From: Octopus sinensis | Taxonomy: Eukaryota | Direction of reading: 5' to 3' | Length of the DNA stretch: 64,000 nt | NCBI RefSeq assembly: GCF_006345805.1 | Contig: NC_043009.1 | Span: 23,064,001-23,128,000 of the forward strand | Shown here: positions 42,605 to 55,832 of the stretch, one piece after another | Position numbering within the stretch: position 1 is the stretch's first letter | Layout: each line of letters starts with the position of its first letter | Notes under the pieces: generated by a model | What the model saw: the letters and a program-made list of their open reading frames with translations, nothing else | The model's database searches: none | What the model was told of the DNA's origin: nothing | Translations under genes and position numbers: made by a program

Positions 42605-42950
42605 GGTGTCAGTAGAGGACTGCTGCTGGAATGAATGAAGAATAAGCTGTTTGCCAGTGGAGATTGGCAGTTGAGAGTTTACAGGTCATACTCTGAGAAA
42701 TGCCTATAGAACCCTGGGCATTTCAAGATCTTGTAGAAGAACCACCATGAACAACGTAGAAATAGCTGAGAAAGTGTCTAGATGGCACTGACTGAAACAG
42801 GTGATCTGTGGGGTCAGTAGAATGTCACTTGGACACGGGCCTAGGCTGGATCAACCTAGGTCTGGTCACCTGGATGAGGGTATATGGTGTATGATCTGAA
42901 ACATCCAATGATTCCAGGATACAATGCCGACGATGTGTTCAAGCTTTGCA
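42605..42950 (+). mobile_element. HERO/NeSL-like (R2 group) LINE 3' fragment
   Basis: LVEDC...LPVEIGSR.FTGHTL..AYRTLGI...AEKVSRW, recognised as an RLE C-terminus, followed by a GGTCACCTGGATGAGGG-type 3' UTR. Confidence 0.6.
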
Positions 42951-43689
42951 TTTGTAGATGTAGTACTTGAACCGCAACTCCAACACAGTTTTTGGCTTGT
43001 GGTAGTTATGTTTTCTCATAAGGTTTCATTAGAAGAAAGAAGGTGGCTTCCTCATGACCTTTTGTAGATACCTCAAATCATCAGCTGCTGCAGCATCGAA
43101 GTAAAGGACCAGGTGTTCAAGTTAGCTGCACGCCGAAGAGCTGATTCGAATTCTTTCAACAGAGTACTTTCACGGCGAAAGTACTTTAAAGCCAGGTGGT
43201 AGAGATGTTTAATTAGTAACGGCGTGCGCATGCGTGTATAGGTATGTGTGTCTTTGTAGTTGCGAAAGAGAGAGGGGGTTGAGAGAGAGAGAGAGAGGGA
43301 GAGAGAGAAGGAGGGAGGGAGGGAGAAAAGAGAACAGTAGGCAATACCGAACACAATATAACTACAGAAGCTAACGATCAAAGTATTTACGGTGCCGTGT
43401 TTATTCAACATTCGTAAACAATGGCTCAAACACTTGAGCGCTGTTCTGTTTAAATTGGTAAACACATTGTAACGTGTTTTCTGGAACACTTAGATAGTTC
43501 TGAAGATACACTTTCAATTATTTTTGCCTGGTAGGCGTTTTGTTTTCCTCTAAGAACAGGTTTTTCTCTTCTTTGTCACACTCTCTTCTAAATACCACCC
43601 ACGTTCCACATACACGCGCGCACACATACATGTATGTATGAATGTTTATATATGTTTATCAAATCAAATTGTTATATATATATATATAT

Positions 43690-43765
<76 letters not shown>

Positions 43766-43781
43766 CAACAACAATAATATA

Positions 43782-43900
43782 GATCTAGTTTGGATTCTTT
43801 ACCATCAAATTTGAATTCTTTGCCATCAAATTTGAATTCTTTGCCATCAAATTTGAATTCTTCGCAATCAAATTTGATGGTAAAGAATCCAAACTAGATC
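43782..43900. repeat. Hairpin with 31-bp perfect arms enclosing 21-bp tandem repeats
   Basis: GATCTAGTTTGGATTCTTTACCATCAAATTT and its reverse complement, enclosing (GAATTCTTTGCCATCAAATTT)n. Confidence 0.9.
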
Positions 43901-44104
43901 GAAAATATCTATAATAATATTAGGGAATAAATTATTATTCCATCCTTACAGGTAAAATTCAGTATAATAATATTAGACCGAATTTCGTAATATATAATAT
44001 ATAATGTATGTATATAACTAATTTAGAGACGAACCACTATTCCAAAACTCAGTCAATGAAGAACCCGTCCAAAACCATGCTGTGAGACATGGTCTCTAAA
44101 TTAG

Positions 44105-44137
<33 letters not shown>

Positions 44138-44682
44138 CAAAGCAATTAAGCAGTTTTGCACGGAGAGCAATAACATGGCAAATTACCTTATCATATAGCA
44201 TGAAATGATTGTGGATTAATAATGGTTAAACACATCGTCTGTGAGTATGAAATTCCTCATCTTACCACTGGAAATGTAAATCTTCACTTTTCTGTGAAGC
44301 TAATAAGTCTTTAAAAACCTGTGATAAGTCTGTGCATCATCCTCCTCATATCTCTGGAAATTTAAATCTACACTATGGATTGATTCATCTTCTCTTCGAA
44401 ACTAATAAGTTTTTTAAAAATCTGTGATAAGACTGTGCATCATCATTAAGGAACTTTGGAAAACTGTTTACAACCTATATCTGCCTCTAATGGAACTATC
44501 TCCAATATTTCATGAGTATAACCTCACCCACTAAGATGTCTAGAGAACTCAAATGTATTTTAGCTGATGAGTACGGGACACTTTTATCTGCTGCAATTTT
44601 TGCAACTTGTAATAAAGCCTGTCTTTGTATGAAACAATTGTACTAAAAACTAATCCATTCTTGTTGCTTCTTTCTCGTATAT

Positions 44683-44755
<73 letters not shown>

Positions 44756-45248
44756 TATACACATATATATATGTATATATATATATGTATGTATCAAATG
44801 AAATAAAATGAAAAACAGGACACAAAGGATGTCGCGGTACATATGTTTCGAGCTCTATAGAACAACTTATTCTTACATCAATGCATGATCGACATAACAG
44901 ATAGTTCAAAAGCCCTCTTCAGCCGCATGCAATTGCTACACCAAAGACTGGTATCACATTATGAAAGGTTTGAGAAAAAACATTTGGTATTGTTTATAAT
45001 GGTAGGTAAACCGAGTATCACTGGGAAAGTATGTAAACAATTGCTGCGTGGAAGGTGTTTATAAGCCATTTGTCAGTGAACAGGTCGCGGTCTCAAAGCA
45101 ACGAAAATATTTTGACAAATTAAATTTAAATGTTGAAGTGAATCTAACGGTTTTTGTGTGTTTCTTAAATGCTTATAAACACCTTCCACGCTGCAATTGT
45201 TTTCGTTCCAGCACACGATCTCAGATCAGGTCACTTGCTATGCAAGTA

Positions 45249-46269
<1,021 letters not shown>

Positions 46270-46293
46270 CATACATACATGCATACATACATA

Positions 46294-46495
46294 TAGTAAT
46301 CCCTTGCCATATCGCGGTTTATACTATTAAGCTTACGTCGATTCATCCGTGTTGTTGTTTTGCATTTATAATAAAATAAATATATACAAATTATAAAAAT
46401 TACAAAAAAAAAAAAAAAGAATATACAGCACATTACTGTTTCTACTTTGCGGAATTTCACCTATCGCGGAGGGTGCGATAATCGAGGGATTACTG
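46294..46495. mobile_element. pogo/Tigger-like MITE
   Basis: TIRs (T)AGTAATCCCT..ATCGCG and CGATAATCGAGGGATTACTG, flanked by TA. Confidence 0.7.
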
Positions 46496-46823
46496 TATAT
46501 CTTTTAAATTTGTTCACAGGAAACGTTTTGAATATGCAAATGAAGCTCCTATTTCATTATGTCGGCCACAACTTTATTATACCCCAGTCGACCTTCTGAC
46601 TGGCCAAGAGTGATAAACGACCTCAGTTAAGCATCCACAAATACTTTATCGCCTGAAGAAATGAATCCATGAAGATGATCTATCCGATGCCCATGGAAAC
46701 TACGAACTATTTTGTAATCACCCCAGGAACACGGACTGTGATCTTAAGAGACATGTGATCCATGGTAACGCGCGCAGCGATGCATTAAAAGTTCCATCCA
46801 AGGATTATTGTTATTATTACTAT

Positions 46824-46882
<59 letters not shown>

Positions 46883-46967
46883 AATTACAATTTGATTGAT
46901 AATCATGCATCTCACTCTCTCTCCCTGTCTCTCTTTGTCGCTGTCTCTGCCTCTCTCTCTCTGTGTA

Positions 46968-47046
<79 letters not shown>

Positions 47047-47239
47047 ATATATATATATATCGCCATGATAGATCGCTAGCTACTACACGTTCTTTACTTT
47101 CTCTCTTTTTCCGTTCTGTGGAAGAGCGTAGGATCGAAACGTTAAAGACTTTTTCACTTTCCGAGCGTTAAACTAATACATCTGTTTGTTGTCTACACCA
47201 CCTGTCTTCATCTTTTGTTTTTTTGAGAATTCTCCCCCT

Positions 47240-47312
<73 letters not shown>

Positions 47313-47705
47313 CATACATACATACACATACATATATTTATATATTATGCACACACAAATAAGTACATAGGAGCAAAACAAGATTGTGAAAAATAGTTCT
47401 CGAATGCCAAAGATAGAATAAAATTCTGTTTCCTTAAAGCTGAAGAAAATTCACCAACAATTACTCAGATTTCCACGTGACTGCTCGTCAGACAATTGTG
47501 GTAATACGTACAAAATAAGCCGTTTCTCTGTAGCATTTTGCAGGCTTCTTTTTTCGGTCTACAAGGGCATTTTACTTGATCCACTGAAATATTTTCAGTT
47601 ATTCTCCTGCGTTCGAAACTTCCTTCATTTCTAAAATGCCTTCTCAATCGACGCTTCAGTGTTTGTTAGGGATTCTTTGACGACAATGTAACCTACATTT
47701 AATTA

Positions 47706-47810
47706 AGGTATATTCAACCTGATGAGTAGCTAGTGGAGTACTCCTCGTTGAGTAATTATTATTTCCGAGGTTTTGCTAGCTAGGAAACATATGTAGCTTG
47801 GATATTACCT
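47706..47810 (+). ncRNA. Type I hammerhead motif with long stems I and II
   Basis: AGGTATATTCAAC-CTGATGA-GTAGCTAG...CTAGCTAG-GAAA-CATATG-TA-GCTTGGATATTACCT; G-G mismatch at the base of stem II. Confidence 0.65.
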
Positions 47811-48130
47811 GCTCCTTTCCTTCAACTTGGATTTTTATTCGGATTCATAGCGACATTAGATACTAACCGTGAACTATAAAGAAAGTTTTTTTCAGCTTAT
47901 CGAACTTCGATATGGGAAAAAAATCTGTCAATAAATTATTACTGTTCCTGAAAGTTGTTCTTTTATACCTACCACGGACTGCTCGAAACTTAATAACTTT
48001 CTATACCTGCATCCTTTGATCTGACAATTACATATCCTTATATATAGTAAATCCAAACATGAATAAGCAAGAACAAACAACAACGCGTACGGTGTTATTG
48101 GACGCTCAGGAAAGGAAAGAAAAGAAAGAG

Positions 48131-48167
48131 GATTTTACGTTTCGAGCGGAGCTCTTCGTCAGAAATA
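48131..48167 (-). ncRNA. Minimal type I hammerhead motif (PLE type)
   Basis: ATTT-CTGACGA-A-GAGC/TCC/GCTC-GAAA-CGT-A-AAAT; decayed relatives at 47114-47150(+) and 63268-63305(-). Confidence 0.65.
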
Positions 48168-48356
48168 TAGAAAAAGTTCAAAGAAGGGAAGACGGAGAAA
48201 GAAAATCGCCAACGATACACATGCGGTCACATATTGAAATGACCGGAAGGGAATGGGTGAAGAAAAAGTTCTTTCAAAGACAGGAGAGTGCAAGAGAAGG
48301 AGGTATGTGTGTGTATGTGTGGGTATGTGTGTGCGCGCAGATCTGTGTGTGTGCAA

Positions 48357-48434
<78 letters not shown>

Positions 48435-48437
<3 letters not shown>

Positions 48438-48850
48438 GATAAATCTCAGAGCGAGTTATAGCGAGGGTTAGCCATATTCAAATGGCAAATATGCGTCACG
48501 ATGTGTTACCGCTACTGTTTATAACTCGCTCTGAGATTTATCATTGTTTGATTTCACTTTTTCAATATCAGTGTCAATCGACACTGGAAAAAGTATATGT
48601 ATTTGTGAAGGGAGCTGACTTCTCGTCGACAACCATGATTGTCACACGCTGATGAAAGGTAAACACCTTGAAACTCGGGTCCGTATGTATTATGAGTTGA
48701 AGACGGGGAGGATGACTCCCCTTCACAAATACTGAGAGGACACAGATAGTGTGTCTATAGTCAGCTGGAGGAGATATCTTCCTGGGGCTACAAACTACAG
48801 TAGCATCCACCCTTAAGGGTTAGCCATATTCAAATGGCAAATATGCGTCA

Positions 48851-48854
<4 letters not shown>
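48435..48854 (+). mobile_element. Retrozyme-like unit A (352-bp monomer + 38-bp terminal redundancy + short inverted 5' fragment)
   Basis: 48465-48502 repeats at 48817-48854; 48435-48460 is the inverse of ~48520-48545; in (TA)n; one hammerhead. Confidence 0.8.
48643..48687 (+). ncRNA. Hammerhead ribozyme of unit A (canonical core)
   Basis: CACACG-CTGATGA-AAGGT/aaac/ACCTT-GAAA-CTCGGG-TC-CGTATG; GUC triplet. Confidence 0.85.
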
Positions 48855-48898
<44 letters not shown>

Positions 48899-49150
48899 TA
48901 TATATATGTAGGTCCCGGGTTGAGTCGGGGTTAACCACAGTAAATAAGGTACTCAATACATAGCAGAGTAAAGTAATTTATTTTATAGAAGGAGCGACTA
49001 CAGGACTAGAACTGTTTCATTCAGATGAAATCTTCAGAGACGTAGGTGTGGCTGTGTGGTATGAGGTTTGCTTCACAACCACATGGTTCCTGGTTCAGTC
49101 CTACTGCGAGATACCGTGGGCAAGTGTCTTCCACTAAAGCCACGGTCAGA

Positions 49151-49211
<61 letters not shown>

Positions 49212-49688
49212 AAAAAGACAAAGAGAGAGCGAGAGACAGACAGAGAGACAGAGGGTGTGTGAGAGCAGTTAAAGCCAAACTGCATCATGTTGAATGGCCG
49301 TTGTTTTTAAAATAAAAATAAAATAAAAAGAAACGGACCTTTTCCGTGGTACGAAAATGATGTAAGGCGGGCAGAATAAATGGAGTCGGTAATTTTTTAG
49401 TTACCGTGCTCAGTACAAGACTAGCTTAGTACAAACTAAATAAATTAATTTAAAAAATAAATCAACTTAATTTAGAAGCACATTATTCGATCTTCAGTTG
49501 TATGTACCATATTTAAAGAAAAATATAAGAACTATAAAATATATTTACCTTCATTTATCCACATCAATTCATAACCCAAGGTATTCAGTATATTGAAAAA
49601 ACGTGAGAGAAGGAGAAAAAACACTTCTTGATCCACATTCAAACACGCTTTCTAATCTGTCGCTGGGCCGATAGCGTCAAATTATGTA

Positions 49689-49788
<100 letters not shown>

Positions 49789-49830
49789 TACAAACATATA
49801 TATATATATAATATATAATATATATATATA

Positions 49831-50270
49831 ACAATGATAAATCTCAGAGCGAGTTATAAACAGTAGCAGCAACACATCGTGACGTATATTTGCCATTTGA
49901 ATATGACTAACCCCTAAGGGTGGATGCTACTGTAGCTTGTAGCCCCAGAGGACACCTCCTCCAGCTGGCTATAGACACACTTTCTGTGCCCTATCAGTAT
50001 TTGCGAAGGAATAGGGCACAGAAAGTGTGTCTATAGCCAGCTGGAGGAGGTGTCCTCCTGGGGCTACAAACTACAGTAGCATCCACCCTTAGGGGTTAGC
50101 CATATTCAAATGGCAAATATACGTCACGATGTGTTGCTGCTACTGTTTATAACTCGCTCTGAGATTTATCATTGTTTGATTTCGCTTTTTCAATATCAGT
50201 GTCAATCGATACTGGAAAAAGTATATGTATTTGTGAAGGGAACCGACTTCTCATCGACAACCATGATTGT
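49831..50270 (+). mobile_element. Retrozyme-like unit B, 5' part with a 165-bp fold-back
   Basis: 49831-49994 is the reverse complement of 50011-50175; colinear with unit A up to the TSD. Confidence 0.85.
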
Positions 50271-50502
50271 TACTTGTCTAGGGACACCTCTTTCATCTGC
50301 GTTTTGAGAATTTTGCTGCCTTTTTGTTGAGTGAGTTCGTATTTTTTGTTCATCGTTGTTTGTGAATTATTACTCGTGAATTAAAGAGTTGTCCGTTGTG
50401 TAACAGTAATTTTCGCCCTACGGGGCAGAAAATTCTGTGTTTAAACATTGTCATTGCCTTCGAGGTAATTTTTTTGAAACATTTTTTCTCATAATTTGAG
50501 AA

Positions 50503-51932
50503 ATGGATTTCGACTTGGCGTCGAAGAGTGACTTTCCCGTGATGGGAAAAGGTGAACCAAAGGATACCGAAGTCAAAAAACAGTCTTTTTCGGCCGCAGT
50601 GGGCGGAACCATAACGGATGTAGAATTTAAGATTGAACAATTATTCGAATACCGGAACTTGGTAAAAACGGAAGGAAATGAAATTAAACTGGTACCGCCG
50701 CAAGCGAAGATACAGGAAATAAAGACAGTTGTATACAAAGTTTATAGCAACAAAGAAAAAAAAAATGGATGTCAAGAACGAGATAGTAGAAAAGTGCTTG
50801 TCCCCGGTGTGGGACAAAATTCGCCACGTTGTTCGAGGTGCTCGCAGCGCTACCGTTGAAGCACATTTCGACTCGGCTGATGTGGCAAGAGAGGTGTCAG
50901 CAATGACCTTGAAAAGTGAGGATATCATGTTGCTACCTTCGTATATGGGGAAAAGATCAGCCAAACTACATGTAGAGGATATACCGAGAGGGTATGATAT
51001 AATGTGGGTAGCAGCGGCAGTCCTGCACAACGTAGAGCGGGAAGTTTCAATTCTGCAGATGAGAAGGAGAGAGAAGGTGCACTGGAAAGGACAAACGCTA
51101 GAACTCCTCGTTCAAGCAGAAAATAAGATACTAGAAAACTTACCCGATAGGGTATTTAATGAGGAGGGAACCTCAATGAGAGTGTCAGTGGAGGGGCGCA
51201 GACCTAGGTGCTTCAAATGTGGCGAAAAGGGTCACGTCCGCTCAAACTACTTAAAAAAAAAAGAAAATCAACGAAGCTCCTCCTCAAAGTGCTTCAAACA
51301 CTGAAAAAGAAAAGGCGGAAAAAGAACCCAAGACTGCGACAAGCAAAGGAACCGAAACAGAAGATTTTAATGAACAAATGGAATATACACAGGTGACACG
51401 CAAAGGAAAAAAAGATAACACCCTGGACTCCCCTCCCCAAACAAAGAAAAAATCAGCAAACACCGCAGACATACATACAAAACAAATTCCCCAGCCCTAC
51501 CCCCACGGCACTGTATTCATTGGAACACAGTTCGCCAAGCCCCTCCCCATAAAACAAGATTTGAAAAAATTGTTTAAAAAAAATGATAAGATTATAGCAT
51601 TTGATGAGAAGAACGATAGGGTGTACAAATATTTCAAATTTTCAAAATTTAAACTATTCAGTAAGTCTACAGACACAAAATCAGCCACTCGCTTCGCAAA
51701 AATAAAGGAAGACGAGTGGAAGGAAAAAACACTACAAGAACATTTAAAGAATAATCTTATAAGAGATGTAACGAAGGAAATACTGGAGGGTAAACTTATT
51801 ATAACCCAGGCAACCACACCTACCCAGAGCCCGATGGCAACGCCGGTTAAGAGCCCTGCAGCTACGACCACAAGGGAGGAAGAAGGGGAAGCAGGCAGAT
51901 TTAAACTGTCATGCTCCCTGTCCCAACCGTAA
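50503..51932 (+). pseudogene. Tx1 copy 3 ORF1 with CCHC-type zinc knuckle; frameshifts in A-runs
   Basis: ORFs 50503-50859, 50729-51304, 51378-51932; GRRPRCFKCGEKGH. Confidence 0.8.
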
Positions 51933-51959
51933 GTTTGTTTATTTTTTCTCTCACCGACA

Positions 51960-54900
51960 ATGGCAAAGCTGGGTTGTGTAAATGTGCGTGGAATGGGGTC
52001 GAAATGGAAACAAATTTGTTTCCTGAACGACCTCACGACACACGGAGTGGACGTAGCTATTGTAACCGAGTCTAAGATGAACGGGGCCCAAGCGTTCTCG
52101 CCTCTTCTAAATGGTTTCGAGAAATTTATTTCTCCTAGCCGAGGAAGAGGAAGAGGCGTGGCAGTCCTCATCAGGAAGAGCTTGGACTTGCAGGTAAGTA
52201 CTGTCTTTCTGGACCCAGAAGGCAGGCTGGTCGTTCTAGATGTGACCCACGCAAGTAAACAGTCCTTCAGGTTGGTAGCTGTCTACGCTCCGAATGAGTG
52301 TAGGCAGGCGGGTTTTTTTCGGAATCTGGATCCCTTTTTAGCGACGTCGAAAACGGTAGTCTTAGTAGGGGACTTTAACACTGTTCTTGAAGCGCGGGTC
52401 GACAGTGTTGGCTCAACCAATAGGAAGGGGAACCCTAGCCTCAAGGGTCTACTAGAGAGCTTTGATCTAGTGGGCCGTTATCGACTGGATGAGCCGAGCG
52501 TTCCACAGTGGACGTGGAGTAACAACGACGGCTCACACAGATCGTATATAGATAGGATATTCGTTAGGAAAAGAGATAAGGATACGTTTAGTTGTCCACA
52601 GTTTCACATTGTGCCTTACACGGATCACAAATTTGTGACTTGTAGGGTGCAATTAGATAAGTGCCATAGACAGGGACCCGGGTACTGGAAGCTGAACAAG
52701 TCTATTTTGAATTGTGAAGACTTCCGTACCCGGATTAAGGTGTTAGTACAGAGGGCATTGTGTGGCACCATCATTAACAATAGATGGTGGCACTCCCTCA
52801 AAAGAGCCATTCGTTCAGAGTCCATTAGATTTAGCAATCAGCTAAGATTAGATAGGTCTAGGATAGAGGACGATTTAGTTAAGAATCTAAACGAGGCAAT
52901 GGAAGCTGGCTCTGCATCCGGAGTGATGGCGGAAAGGACGGTAGTGTACCGTCACCTTAACTCCAAACACGAAGGTTGCAGAGTTAGAGCTAAGCTACGC
53001 GCTGGGAAACGAGAAGGTATTAACGTTGCCGGATGGGCCCGTCGAGTGGAGAGTCAGAGAGGTAACAAAGCTTCAATCAAGTCTTTAACTGACGAACAGG
53101 GACAAAAGATCTATGGACAGGAGGAGATGTAAAAGTTTCTTCACCAGCATTTCGCCCGCGTGTTCGGGGGTGGTGTGGCGCCGGAGCGGGGGAGGGCCTT
53201 AAAGGACTTCCTAGCCGGCGGACCGCAGCTCTCGGGGCGTGAGGTGGAGTGCTGTGAAGAAGCGATCACTCCCGCGGAGATAGAGGGGATACTGGCCGGA
53301 TGCGCCGGGGAGAAGTCGCTGGGGTTGGATGGTCTGCCCTACGAGTTTTACCAAAGTATGCCGGACTTGTTCGGGGGAATATTGGCAGGCGTCTACACGA
53401 ACTGGCAGCAGAATGGGAGAATTCCCAGTTCTGTAAGCCGGGGAGTGGTGACGTTAATCCAGAAAGACCCGAGCAAGGGGGATAACATTAGTAATTACAG
53501 GCCCGTAACTCTACTTAATGTAGAGTTAAAGATTTTGGCTAATGTGTTGGCAAAAAGGTTGACGATTGTCGTGGAGAAACTTGTAGGGAAAGCACAGACA
53601 TGTGCAATTCCAGGCAGGTCGATCCAGGACAATCTTCACCTTATACGCTACCTACCTTAGGGTAGGTAAATTAACCGGCAAGGGCGGGGTAATGGTCCAT
53701 TTAGACCAAAGTAAAGCGTTCGATAGGGTAGACCATAAGTACCTGGCGACGGTCCTCGAAGCGGCTGGACTGGGCCCTGAATTTCGCGGGTGGATCTCCG
53801 CTATGTATAGCGGCATCAAGTCCACCGTCCAGATAAACGGTTACCTAACGGAACCGTTTTCGATCGAATGTTCAGTTCGTCAAGGGTGCCCCTTGTCACC
53901 ACTTTTGTACGTGTTGGCTCTCGAGCCATTGCTGCGAAAGTTGGAGAGGCTGGGAAGTAACCCGGATGAGATCGGAGGTGGGAGGACGGTTACTGCTTAT
54001 GCGGATGACGTCACCCTCATCGTGTCCAATGAGGCCCAGCTACCTTGTGTAGAAGAGGCTATCAGAGGATACGAGGCGGTGGCAGGAGCAAGGGTTAACA
54101 AGGACAAGTCGGTTGGCTTGCGCCTCGGCACCTGGAGGAGCAAGTCGATATCGTCCAGTGTCGTGGGACACTGGACGGATGGTCCTGTTAACTTGCTAGG
54201 AGTTTGGTTTGGGTCAGACTCCCAAACGGAGAGGAATTGGAGTGAGGTGACGGGCAAGGTGGAGGCCATAGTACGGACCTGGTTCGGAAGGTTTCTGTCC
54301 TTGAAAGGAAGGGCGGAGGTGGTACAGATGTTCATTGCATCTGTAATCACTTACCGCCTGACCGTTGTCCCTTGCCCCGATTCATGGCTTAGCAAGTTGG
54401 AGCGAATCCTTTTCCGCTTTTTGTGGAAGGGAGGAAAGCCACTTGTGAGGCGCTCCGTTTGCTGCCAGGAACCGTTAAAGGGTGGGTTAGGAATGCCTTG
54501 GTTGATGATGCGCAGACATGCGTTGAGGCTGAAGCATCTCTGGCACCACCTGGAGGGTGATAAGGTGTGGAGTCCGCTGGCAGGGGAATTTTTCCCGAGA
54601 CCGGCTTCTTTAGTGAATTTTGAACCCGGTCGCATCAAAAGACGGAATCTGACTTTATGGCAAAAGGAGTGCCGACAGGCACTCACGCTGATCCACAAGG
54701 CGGGCAAGGCCGGCTGCGGAAATACCACCTCGGTATTTTATAGCAGGCTGGTAGAGGCAAAGAACGACGACGTCCTAGGAGGGGCTCTGGGGTTTGACGA
54801 AGACCAGCTTACCAACCTGTTTAAAAAGACGTTCAGGACGGGGTATTTGGATAATTTTCAAAGATCCCTGTCCTGGCAGTGTTATAGGAATGCTTTACCT

Positions 54901-55338
54901 GTTCGCGAGAAGTTATCGCGGCACGGAATTTCAGTGCCACCGACGTGTCCAAGATGCGGGTTGGACGATGAAACCGTCCAGCACGCTTTTGTACACTGTC
55001 GGAAGTTGATAAGTTACGCAGAACACGTGTTATCGCATCTGGGACGAGTACAGCTGTCGGCTGGATCTATGATTAAGATGATACCGCCAACTGGACTCTC
55101 GAAGGAAGGTGAGGCAAGTTTTCACTGCACGGTTGCAGTAGTAAAAGAATGCATGTGGCGTACAAGAATGGAAGGAGTCGCAATAGGATCCTTTGTCTCA
55201 GGCCCCGGCTTGCTCACTTACTTCAGATATCATCTGAAGAGCAAAATGGGGCTGGAAAAGAAGATCTTACCACGAGGTGTGTATGAAAAAAGATGGAAGG
55301 AAGTGGCAAAAAAGGTGGGTGCCAGAAACCCAGCTTAA
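51960..55338 (+). pseudogene. Tx1 copy 3 ORF2: APE endonuclease + RT + C-terminal zinc motif (one stop, one frameshift)
   Basis: CVNVRG, VTESK, VYAPN, GDFN, SYIDRI, TDHK; DQSKAFDRV, VRQGCPLSP, YADD; CPRC..ETVQH...C. Confidence 0.92.
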
Positions 55339-55595
55339 CTATGGATGGAGGAGAGGAAAGAAAAGCTGCGGGGTCTTATAGGTTGCCGGGGTTTAAAATA
55401 TCGGTAAGATCGCAAGTTAATGTAATGTTGTAATGTTCTATTAAGTCAATGCAAAGGACCATTTAAATACAAATTTTATTTCAGGAATAATCCATATATT
55501 ATGGAAAATTTTTAATCGAACCACTTAACTGTTTTTTGTATGTATGTCCTGTATTGTCCTTCTATGTAATGATTTTCTAATCGTAATAAAGAAAT

Positions 55596-55819
55596 TCATC
55601 GACAACTATGATTGTCACACGCCGATGACGGGTCAATACCCTGAAACTCGAGTCCGTGTGTATCATAAGTTGAAGACGGGAAGGATGGCTTCGCAAATAC
55701 TGATAGGGCACAGAAAGTGTGTCTATAGCCAGCTGGAGGAGGTGTCCTCCTGGGGCTACAAACTACAGTAGCATCCACCCTTAGGGGTTAGCCATATTCA
55801 AATGGCAAATATACGTCAC
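55596..55819 (+). mobile_element. Retrozyme-like unit B, 3' part
   Basis: Resumes exactly at the empty-site sequence seen in unit A (48623-48854). Confidence 0.85.
55616..55660 (+). ncRNA. Hammerhead ribozyme of unit B (U4C variant)
   Basis: CACACG-CCGATGA-CGGGT/caat/ACCCT-GAAA-CTCGAG-TC-CGTGTG; perfect 6-bp stem I, palindromic stem III. Confidence 0.8.
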
Positions 55820-55832
55820 TATATATATATAT

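Larger units (their letters stand above)
50271..55595 (+). mobile_element. Tx1/L1-clade LINE copy 3 (different family), full length, inserted in retrozyme unit B
   Basis: ORF1 + ORF2; 20-bp TSD TCATCGACAAC(C/T)ATGATTGT at 50251-50270 and 55596-55615; ends AATAAAGAAAT. Confidence 0.95.

Noticed and set aside
43050-43489. Protein-like minus-strand ORF and small hairpin AGTACTTTC/GAAAGTACT
   Set aside because: No recognisable domain and no consistent splice sites.
43801-43870. 21-bp repeats, and other short direct repeats (28882-29037, 31680-31740, 35030-35075), as CRISPR-like arrays
   Set aside because: No unique spacers, no cas genes and a eukaryotic context; these are simple tandem duplications.
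49005-49045. CTGAAGA...GAAAC motif on the minus strand (similar partial motifs at ~3880, 21270, 23030, 27820, 44565)
   Set aside because: Stems I-III cannot all be formed; possibly decayed ribozymes, but not supportable.
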